Positions 42,055 to 49,075 of a DNA stretch of 64,000 nt are shown piece after piece. Position 1 is the first letter of the stretch; each line of letters starts with the position of its first letter. Location: positions 880 through 64,879 of the forward strand of contig JAESPQ010000123.1 in NCBI GenBank assembly GCA_016765535.1, written 5' to 3'. The position numbers and the translations under genes were made by a program. Under the pieces are notes generated by a model that saw nothing but the letters and a program-made list of their open reading frames with translations, made no database searches and had not been told where the DNA came from. Source of the DNA: Alteromonadaceae bacterium. Its GTDB lineage: Bacteria > Pseudomonadota > Gammaproteobacteria > Enterobacterales > Alteromonadaceae.

Positions 42055-42862
42055 GCTCACACAGTAAACTCAACAATGAATCCAATACAAAGTTATCAAC
42101 ACTTCGCCACACTAACAAATTTAATTCACTCTCAAGTATTAAAACAAAATCAAAAAAGGAAAAAACTAAACGCAAAGGCACTATTTAACGGGGCCTGCGA
42201 AGTTAAATATGGCAAAGTGTTTTTTGGTTGGCGTAGCCAGACAAATACAACCAACAGCAACAACAGCAACTCTAATAGTGCTACTAATAACAAAAGCCAA
42301 GTTAAGCCTATCCTTAACAGTATTTCCTGATACTCAACAGGATAAGCATAACTTTACTTTCCATTCGATAATCTCTCCTTTCTTAAATAAAACTAATCAC
42401 TAACGGCTAATAACGAGTATCTTGAACAAATAAGTTAGACACTTGCAGTAATAAACAAATAGTATTCAGTAAGGGGTTATGCGCTTACTGGTTTGCTCTA
42501 ATATCTCTGTGATATTGCTTGCCTCACTTATGCTCTTATTGACTAATAAGTGCGCGGAAATAACCTGTAATTTGTAAAGTGTAGAGGCGAGCAATAACAG
42601 CAAGTAAATTACAAATAAATAAATGACGTCAAATGCCGCCTTTAAGTATTATGTTGCCGCTATGGCGTTTGTTGTGTTTTAACTCGGATAAGGCGGCATA
42701 CAGCACGTTGAAAGAAGAAATAAAGCCGTTCACTTTGTGAACTTAACAAAACAAATCCAATTACAGCAAACCGTTTGCTTTATAATTTGTTTCACCACAA
42801 GGTGTTTCGTATTAAAAGAAGTTAAGGTGAAATAAACTAAGTAAAGTTGACTTGATATACCA

Positions 42863-43435
42863 CTAAAGCAAATTAGCCGCATTTAACAAAGTAGTTGGCG
42901 ATGTGGCTAAATACCTCGCCGTTGTTTGTATGTTGGCGTGGCCTGCTAATTCTTTTAGAATATGTATGCCAACGCCTTTATCAGCCAAGCCAGTTAAAAA
43001 ACTTCTTCTGCCACTATGGCTTGTGGCACTTTCAATTCCCGCATCTTCAAATATCGTCTTAATAATACTAACCATCGAATTTGGCGTAATAGCACAGCCT
43101 TTTTGACTGCGCAGTAATGGCGTGGTGCGCTTTAACTCACCTAATCCCATTTCTACATAATAAGCCTGTAATGCTGCGGCTAATTTATCATTGACGGCAA
43201 ACACACGACCCTTTTTGCCTTTTGTCTGTGCGGCACTCAAATTGACCATGGTTTTAACTTCACCGCTAACACTAAAAATATCACCAATAACAAGTGCGGC
43301 TATTTCTTTAGCCCTAAGCCCTGCTAAAAATGATAACTGTAAGGCAAGGCAGTTGCGTAAACTGTGGCGACCTGAGTTTGCTATGGCTAATGCACGCTTA
43401 AATTCATTACTTGATAACACTTTTGCTTGTTTCAT
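42863..43435 (-). CDS. catalytic-domain-only tyrosine recombinase (190 aa)
   Basis: GLRAKEI (Arg I), TKGKK (Lys), SHSGRRSF (HxxR), AGHANIQTTARYL (His/Tyr). No N-terminal core-binding domain. Confidence 0.8.
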   Translation of the reverse strand: MKQAKVLSSNEFKRALAIANSGRHSLRNCLALQLSFLAGLRAKEIAALVIGDIFSVSGEVKTMVNLSAAQTKGKKGRVFAVNDKLAAALQAYYVEMGLGELKRTTPLLRSQKGCAITPNSMVSIIKTIFEDAGIESATSHSGRRSFLTGLADKGVGIHILKELAGHANIQTTARYLATSPTTLLNAANLL

Positions 43436-43625
43436 CTATTTGCTGCCTTGTTTGCTAATAACCACTCTTTCACTGGCATTTATAGTAAATGATTGGATTA
43501 AATACGGCAGCCTTTTTGATTAGGTTTAATCGAGTAATGATTTCATCGCCTTAGCGCATAATCCAATCTTTTGTATATTTCCTGTGATTATTGAATGACT
43601 CATAAATAGGGTAAAGGGAGCGAGC

Positions 43626-43940
43626 ATGTACTTTTACGAAATACTAGAATCCAATTACCAACATAAGAAAAAGCAACTTACTGAAGCATTGAGTAGGGAA
43701 GAACTACAGAACAATGATTATTATGAACTCGGGGCTGAAAAAATAACATTACGCCATATTCATAATTTACGAAAATCTAAAGACCACGCAGACAGAGAAA
43801 AGAAAAAGCGGCTAGAGTTTTTACCTACTATGTATGGTCTAGAAGGGTCTTTGACCAATGACCAAAAAGTGGACTTAGAAAAGGCTAGAATGGATAATGA
43901 AACCAAGTTAAGTATAGAGCGCATCAAAGCATTGCAATGA
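43626..43940 (+). CDS. hypothetical charged coiled-coil protein
   Basis: 104 aa with AGGGAG RBS 7 nt upstream of the ATG. Convergent with the RT gene. Confidence 0.5.
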   Translation: MYFYEILESNYQHKKKQLTEALSREELQNNDYYELGAEKITLRHIHNLRKSKDHADREKKKRLEFLPTMYGLEGSLTNDQKVDLEKARMDNETKLSIERIKALQ

Positions 43941-43967
43941 GGAGATAAATAAAAACTTAACTACTCC

Positions 43968-44930
43968 TTAATAAGGTGTTGGGGTTTTGTGATTTCGAAT
44001 GCTTCGTGCCTTATCTTTAAATTTTGGTTCTATAGCGGAGAGTGAGTTAAGTCTGCCTAGGAGCCTATTTTTTAGGGTTTCTGGCATATAAGGGGTGTCT
44101 TTGAGGATTTTCCATTGTTCTATATCTTGATAGACATTTCTGTGCTGTTCGTTTTTAACAAATTGTTTGCCGTCTTTCAGTATGACGCCTGTAATTACCT
44201 TTGCATCATCCTTGGCGTATAGAACCGTTTTTACCGGATGTATTATATGCCCGTGACGTTCAACAATTCTCTTAATTGTTGATATAAATAATTTATTTAA
44301 TTTATCCCCTGAAAAAGTTATATCATCAACATAAACAGACATTTTTATATCATGCTTTACTGCTATTTTTTCTAATTCCAAAAACATCCCAATATTAGCC
44401 CACAAAGCCAAAGGCATACTTATTCTGCTACCTGTTGGAAGATGCTCATTATAGGTGCAAATTTTTGATAATATGTCAGATACATCTGAAGAACACTTCA
44501 TCTTTCTATTGAAAAAGTTAAATAAATGAGTCCTAGAGGTCGATGGGAAAAAAGAACGGATATCAGTTGTTAATACTTTATGGTGCCCTATATGGATGCG
44601 CGCATTCGTAATATGTGAGTGCTTCGCTCTACCAGAATGTACAAAATCTGGTATTTTTATCCGACACAAGAGACTGGCAATTCTCGTATGGACTTTATCT
44701 AACTCAAGGTTCGGGTGCTCAATTATCCGTTTTTTACCATTACTATTTACTTGCTCAAATACATTGTAATTGTCAGTATTTTTAATTAGAGCATTTAAAG
44801 TTACAGGTTCAAGTAAAAGTAAAGCCGCAAGTTTACGTTTAGTTGTTAGTTTATATAAAGGAGAGTCAGAAATTTCGTATGCTTTGTTTAATGTTTTAAT
44901 CTTAAACTTGGGTCTTTTTTGTTTCTTCAC
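43968..44930 (-). CDS. retron-type reverse transcriptase (GTG start inside the HTH gene)
   Basis: TTDIRSFFPS (motif A), LPTGSRISMPLA (motif B), YVDDITFS (motif C). Retron-associated signatures ITNARIH (NAxxH) and KVITGVIL (VTG-like). 320 aa with no extra domains. Confidence 0.85.
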   Translation of the reverse strand: MKKQKRPKFKIKTLNKAYEISDSPLYKLTTKRKLAALLLLEPVTLNALIKNTDNYNVFEQVNSNGKKRIIEHPNLELDKVHTRIASLLCRIKIPDFVHSGRAKHSHITNARIHIGHHKVLTTDIRSFFPSTSRTHLFNFFNRKMKCSSDVSDILSKICTYNEHLPTGSRISMPLALWANIGMFLELEKIAVKHDIKMSVYVDDITFSGDKLNKLFISTIKRIVERHGHIIHPVKTVLYAKDDAKVITGVILKDGKQFVKNEQHRNVYQDIEQWKILKDTPYMPETLKNRLLGRLNSLSAIEPKFKDKARSIRNHKTPTPY

Positions 44931-45213
44931 GCTCAGTTACCCATTCCATGATATTTAATATCTTTGCTGCAAAAAAACGTTTGAATTTTTCTGGTATTTT
45001 TTTCTTGTCTTCTAATGACTCTGAAAAGAAAACTAATGAAGACATAGGTATATCAAATTGCTTTGAATATTTTTCGAGCAATTCTACACTTGCTGGTTTT
45101 TTACCAGATTCAATTTCACTCAAATAAGATTTAGAGATAGCAAGACTTTCGGCTAACTCAACTTGTTTTAAATTATGAAATTGTCTAATAATCTTTAATG
45201 CTTTATTTATCAT
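44902..45213 (-). CDS. XRE-family helix-turn-helix protein
   Basis: LKQVELAESLAISKSYLSEIESGKK, a canonical HTH_XRE. AAGGA RBS. Its 3' end overlaps the RT start by 29 nt. Confidence 0.85.
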   Translation of the reverse strand: MINKALKIIRQFHNLKQVELAESLAISKSYLSEIESGKKPASVELLEKYSKQFDIPMSSLVFFSESLEDKKKIPEKFKRFFAAKILNIMEWVTEREETKKTQV

Positions 45214-45229
45214 GTGTATATTCCTTAAA

Positions 45230-45265
45230 AACTAAGGGGAACACTTGATATGAGCGCCCTTAGTT
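45230..45265 (-). promoter_or_regulatory. 9 bp-stem palindrome between the small ORF and the HTH gene (attenuator or operator candidate)
   Basis: AACTAAGGG (45230-45238) pairs with CCCTTAGTT (45257-45265) around an 18 nt loop. On the minus strand it is followed by TTTTT and the HTH RBS. Confidence 0.5.
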
Positions 45266-45413
45266 AACCGAAACAATTTAATAACCTCCAAATCCAATAC
45301 CCAACTCTCATTAAGAGTTTGATAGCAGTCCAGAGTTTTCGTCGTTTCTTCTTCTTTAGGTCTTCAGTATCAAGTGCCTGCCAATAATCATTAATTCTTT
45401 TTTGCATTTTCAT
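45264..45413 (-). CDS. small ORF (about 47-49 aa) with basic centre and hydrophobic Trp-rich C-terminal tail
   Basis: MKMQKRINDYWQALDTEDLKKKKRRKLWTAIKLLMRVGYWIWRLLNCFG. GGGAG lies 7 nt before the second ATG. The track's longer version starts at a TTG. Confidence 0.35.
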   Translation of the reverse strand: MKMQKRINDYWQALDTEDLKKKKRRKLWTAIKLLMRVGYWIWRLLNCFG

Positions 45414-45663
45414 GCTCCCATATTTACTGTTTCGCAAAATTGCTAGCAGTTTCGCCCAAATATAGGTGAGAGTTATTGGCAAATACCCCTCGTTTTACAC
45501 ACCGGGTTCGCCCGCGGTGTGTGTCCCCTACCAATCTTGCTACATAGTTAAGTTAAGTTATCTGATGAGCACATGTGGGGGAAAAAGGTTAGAGAATTCA
45601 AGATTCTCCTCGAATGCAAGCATTCAGTTCTAAATGGCGATTTTCTCTCTTTTCTTAATGACG
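45414..45663 (-). ncRNA. candidate structured leader / RT-associated ncRNA
   Basis: Downstream of a near-consensus promoter. It holds four consecutive hairpins, including the GC-rich ACACACC-GGG-TTCG-CCC-GC-GGTGTGT stem (45497-45522), and an (AGTTA)3 tract at 45546-45560. No ORF with an RBS. Confidence 0.35.
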
Positions 45664-45669
45664 CTTAAG

Positions 45670-45698
45670 ATACTAGAGGTAGTTTTCGTCGATGTCAA
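45670..45698 (-). promoter_or_regulatory. sigma70-type promoter for the small ORF-HTH-RT unit
   Basis: The minus strand reads TTGACA (45698-45693), a 17 nt spacer, then TAGTAT (45675-45670). Confidence 0.6.
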
Positions 45699-45726
45699 AT
45701 AAATTCGCAAATAGCGAACTTTTTGT

Positions 45727-46623
45727 TTAAGAAAAGCAATCAATATGTGAGATATGTATGAGGTTTTCTTTTATGCCTAAGTATATAAGCGCACTTAAGT
45801 GAGAGTGCTCATCTTCGGCATCATAGTAACTTAAATGCCATTGCACGGATTGTTTGTCGATATTGTTTACGATATTGGCAAAGTACTTAATATCTACTTC
45901 TGATATAGAGTGACCTAATACGTAAATATGCCTTATTGAATTTAACTTTTTAAAAAACAATTCGTTATCATTAATTAAGTCTTGAGCAGGTTTGAATGTT
46001 TTTTTAAAATAATCATCTACAATTCCATACCCCTCCATTACTCTAGTATCCCAGTCCTCATCAAATTGTATGTTAGCATTTTCAGTATAAGTTTTTGATG
46101 ATGACCAATCGTGCCCTAATACCAACTCACTATCCTTGTTTATTGCTTTGCCGTGTATATGTAATATTCGCTCGCATGGAACATCATAAATTTTATTTAA
46201 TGTATCGGTATAATTGAATGATAGAAAAAAAGCAGACGGTGAAATAACTTTAATTTTTTTCTGGGTTGGTATTCGTAATTCAAGTACCCAGTTAAGTAGG
46301 TGCCTTTTTAATTCTGAGGACAATGAGTCAGTGTATCGTTCAACCTCTATTTGAAAACTATGATGCCCACTATCACTCCAGTTTTCATCGCTGTATGATG
46401 CTAGATACTGCATTGCATCATCGATTAATGTATCAACATCCACACTTGATAATGCCGATTCAAGATTATTCCAGTTCTCTGAAATCATTAAATATTTTTC
46501 AATTGAGTCAGCAACATCGCAATCGATTAATTTGATGTATTCTTTAAAATCACTATAACGTGATTTTATTCCGTGATGAATATCGAAACCGTTACCTAAA
46601 ATATATAAAATATCATTCTGCAT
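45727..46623 (-). CDS. AbiH-family abortive infection protein
   Basis: MQNDILYILGNGFDIHHGIKSRYSDFKEYI, FNYTDT, HIHG and YVLGHSISEVDIKYF match the AbiH signature. I set the start at the ATG at 46621-46623, which forms a TAATG overlap with the integrase stop. The track's TTG at 46632 is less likely. Confidence 0.8.
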   Translation of the reverse strand: MQNDILYILGNGFDIHHGIKSRYSDFKEYIKLIDCDVADSIEKYLMISENWNNLESALSSVDVDTLIDDAMQYLASYSDENWSDSGHHSFQIEVERYTDSLSSELKRHLLNWVLELRIPTQKKIKVISPSAFFLSFNYTDTLNKIYDVPCERILHIHGKAINKDSELVLGHDWSSSKTYTENANIQFDEDWDTRVMEGYGIVDDYFKKTFKPAQDLINDNELFFKKLNSIRHIYVLGHSISEVDIKYFANIVNNIDKQSVQWHLSYYDAEDEHSHLSALIYLGIKENLIHISHIDCFS

Positions 46624-47912
46624 TACAGGCAACCACGTTTTTTATATTCAGCATTCCATTCATTCATCCATTTAGCCGTATCTTTGGCTAACTCTGCTTT
46701 TTCTTCTTCTGTATCTTGCACTATTAGTTTAACGGGGTCGGTATTTGTAAAATCAACACCCGATAGTTCATTAGTAAACATTTCAGGCATTACATGGCTG
46801 TAATGTTGCTCTAACATTTGAATACTCGTACCACATTGCTTAGCGATAATTTGTGCAGGTAATTGATTCATTAATTGCCATGTGATGTACGTATGCCTTA
46901 AGGAATAAAGTGTACGTTTACCACGTGGTGATTCTTTTAATTCATTCTCAATAATTAATTTATCAAATGCTCTGCTAAGTTCTTTTGTCTTACTGCCATC
47001 TTCTAATTTAAATAAAAGGTCTTTTGGTTTTCTGTTTGGAAAACGCTCTCTTAATCGTTCAAATGCCCACAATACTTCTTCACGGCATACTACTGTTCTA
47101 GCACCCGTGTGCTTTGTGGTTTTGCCTTTGCGAACTGTAATTAAAAATACAATTTTATCGTATTTCTGCCTTAGTTCTATATCACCCCAAGTTAAGTTTT
47201 CCATTTCAGTACCAGGTCTAATACCTGAGTAAACAGCAATATCCATATAGTCTTGTAATAGTTCACGTAACATATGAGTATTTTGTTTTCTGCTATTACC
47301 TATGAAACTAGGTAAGGCTGATATTAATTTTTGATATTCTTCTTTATTAAATGCAGCCTTGCGTTGACCATCAGACCCTGCAGAAGCAGTTAGTCTGGGT
47401 ATTTGAATTGGTAAAATCCACTTGTTTAATAGTGCTTCTTCAAAGACGCGCATCATTGCGGCGTTATGGTTGAGTAGGGTTGATTTGGCAGGTGTACGTT
47501 TTAATTGTTCAATACGCCAAACATCAAATTCTAATAATCGTTGATTATCAATGCTGGTGATATAATTGTTATCAAAGTACGGAATATGATACTTATTTAA
47601 TACGCCGATATAGTCATTGTATGACTGTTTTCCTGTGCCTTGTGCAAGTTGCTGTTGCATACGTTTAATTGCTAAATCAGCAACGCTTTTAAAGCGCTTG
47701 GTATTAATAGGAACGTTATTTTCTAATTTGAGTTTGTATTCGATAAAGTGCTGATGGGCGGCAGGTATTGCTTGTTCTAGGTCTTTCTTTTTTGTAGTCT
47801 TAGTATACCAATTACCATACAACACAAAGCGAGCATACCAGCGTAGGCTGTTTGCTTGTTTATATATGTATAACTCGTCAGTTATATCGTGTCGTGCTAC
47901 TTGTTTACTCAT
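46623..47912 (-). CDS. int: tyrosine-type site-specific integrase (P4-like size, 429 aa)
   Basis: C-terminal catalytic motifs LYSLRHTYITWQL (HxxR) and MLEQHYSHV (Tyr). Adjacent to the attR tRNA fragment. Confidence 0.9.
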   Translation of the reverse strand: MSKQVARHDITDELYIYKQANSLRWYARFVLYGNWYTKTTKKKDLEQAIPAAHQHFIEYKLKLENNVPINTKRFKSVADLAIKRMQQQLAQGTGKQSYNDYIGVLNKYHIPYFDNNYITSIDNQRLLEFDVWRIEQLKRTPAKSTLLNHNAAMMRVFEEALLNKWILPIQIPRLTASAGSDGQRKAAFNKEEYQKLISALPSFIGNSRKQNTHMLRELLQDYMDIAVYSGIRPGTEMENLTWGDIELRQKYDKIVFLITVRKGKTTKHTGARTVVCREEVLWAFERLRERFPNRKPKDLLFKLEDGSKTKELSRAFDKLIIENELKESPRGKRTLYSLRHTYITWQLMNQLPAQIIAKQCGTSIQMLEQHYSHVMPEMFTNELSGVDFTNTDPVKLIVQDTEEEKAELAKDTAKWMNEWNAEYKKRGCL

Positions 47913-48028
47913 ACGTAATTAAAGCACGATTATGGGATTACCGGCAAAGTGTTTACGTAAAGTTTTTGTAAAGTATGTATTAGGGTTTTTATCTGGTTGA
48001 ATTTACGGGGTTATTTTAAGCGCGTTAT

Positions 48029-48082
48029 ATTCAAAATCCGTTGCAGCAATGCGTGGCGGTTCGAGTCCGCCCACCGGTACCA
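48029..48082 (+). pseudogene. 3' half of the disrupted host tRNA-Leu(CAA) (attR side)
   Basis: ATTCAAAATCCGTTGCAGCAATGCGTGGCGGTTCGAGTCCGCCCACCGGTACCA. Joined to 39257-39295 it reconstitutes an 85 nt tRNA-Leu(CAA) with all stems paired. Confidence 0.85.
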
Positions 48083-48230
48083 TTATTTTTAACGATTAGT
48101 CCCTAAAATGACATGGTTTGTTATCTTAGTTTTTTTATTTACTTCCCTTTGTAAATAACCAGCTACCTCCTCCGACCTCTTTGTGTTAAATTAATATTCA
48201 ATCACTCTATTTAAAAATAAAATTAGCACT

Positions 48231-49043
48231 ATGACACTTATTAATTTTGCCCATGCTAATGGTTTTCCTGCGGGCAGTTATCATACTTTTTTTCAGTATT
48301 TTAATCAGGCTAACAACACTAGTAATACCACCACACCCTATAAAATGGTTGCGCTTGATCAATATGGACATAATAACCATTTTCCTGTGACTAATAATTG
48401 GCCGCATTTAGTTGAGGAATTAATTCATTTTGTTAAGCAACAAGGTGAACCTGTTATCACTATGGGGCATTCTTTTGGTGGGGTAATATCGTTTATTGCT
48501 GCTTGTAAACATCCTGAGTTATTTAAAGGCTTGATCATGCTTGATCCGCCCGTGATCACAGGGATAGAAAGTTGGGCAATTAAATTATTAAAGAAAACCC
48601 CCTACATTGACAATATTTCTCCCGCGAGTAAATCTAAAAACAGACGACAGTTTTGGCCTGCCGAAACCGATTTAGCCAAACAGTTTAGTCGTAGTAAATT
48701 ATTTAGTAATTTTGATCCGCGTTGTTTAAAAGATTATGTAAATAGTGGCGTTAAACTGAATAAAGAACAATTAGAGTTGGTATTTGACAGGCAAGTAGAA
48801 ACTGAAATTTTTCGTAATATGCCAACGAATTTAGCTAAATTTAAACAACAATTAAAAATACCTGCGGCATTGATCACGGCCAATCAAAGTGATGTGTCTC
48901 CCGCTTATTTTTTTAAACGTTTTGCTAAATTAAACAATAATATTGAGCGCTACCATATTGATGGTGGGCACATGTTTCCTTTAGAAAAACCAAAGGAAAC
49001 GTATGAGTTAATTGATAATATTATTAAGAGTTGGGGACTGTGA
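48231..49043 (+). CDS. alpha/beta hydrolase
   Basis: Nucleophile elbow GHSFGG, C-terminal GGHMFPLE (His). Confidence 0.8.
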   Translation: MTLINFAHANGFPAGSYHTFFQYFNQANNTSNTTTPYKMVALDQYGHNNHFPVTNNWPHLVEELIHFVKQQGEPVITMGHSFGGVISFIAACKHPELFKGLIMLDPPVITGIESWAIKLLKKTPYIDNISPASKSKNRRQFWPAETDLAKQFSRSKLFSNFDPRCLKDYVNSGVKLNKEQLELVFDRQVETEIFRNMPTNLAKFKQQLKIPAALITANQSDVSPAYFFKRFAKLNNNIERYHIDGGHMFPLEKPKETYELIDNIIKSWGL

Positions 49044-49055
49044 GTTTGGTGTTAG

Positions 49056-49075
49056 ATCCTGACCTGCGTCAGGAT
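49056..49075. repeat. REP-like hairpin, family B (ATCCTGAC-CTGC-GTCAGGAT)
   Basis: 8 bp stem. A second copy with a CTTC loop lies at 54247-54266. Both are followed by short tandem direct repeats. Confidence 0.65.

Larger units (their letters stand above)
39288..48036. mobile_element. ~8.7 kb integrative genomic island inserted in the tRNA-Leu(CAA) anticodon loop (coordinates include both 8 bp core copies)
   Basis: Direct repeat ATTCAAAA at 39288-39295 and 48029-48036. Split tRNA halves flank it and the integrase gene sits next to the right end. Paired CGTAAAGTTTT(T)GTAAAGT motifs lie inside both ends. Cargo is defence and mobile-element genes. Confidence 0.85.

Noticed and set aside
41874-42403. 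Three overlapping 64-104 aa plus-strand ORFs (41874-42188, 42016-42330, 42209-42403).
   Set aside because: They are mutually overlapping in different frames, have Ser/Asn/Thr low-complexity composition and no RBS, and coincide with iteron-like repeats. I treat the region as non-coding.
44902-44930. A dnaX-type slippery heptamer A AAA AAG sits in phase in the last codons of the HTH gene (ACA AAA AAG). This suggested a programmed -1 frameshift producing an HTH-RT fusion.
   Set aside because: The RT frame is +1 relative to the HTH frame (45213-44930 = 283 = 3n+1). A -1 slip enters the third frame, which stops after 9 codons (GAC CCA AGT TTA AGA TTA AAA CAT TAA). An independent GTG start is the simpler reading.
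45305-45662. A 9 bp inverted repeat TCATTAAGA / TCTTAATGA (about 45653-45661 and 45306-45314) considered as retron a1/a2.
   Set aside because: AT-rich 9-mers are expected by chance in this composition. The spacing (about 340 nt) is longer than typical msr-msd, and the 3' partner lies inside the mini-ORF. There is no long msd-like stem between them.
45704-45718. TTCGC-AAATA-GCGAA hairpin after the abiH stop, considered as a terminator.
   Set aside because: It has only a 5 bp stem and an interrupted T-run, and it overlaps the -35 of the downstream promoter. It is too weak to call, so read-through from int-abiH into the RT unit remains possible.
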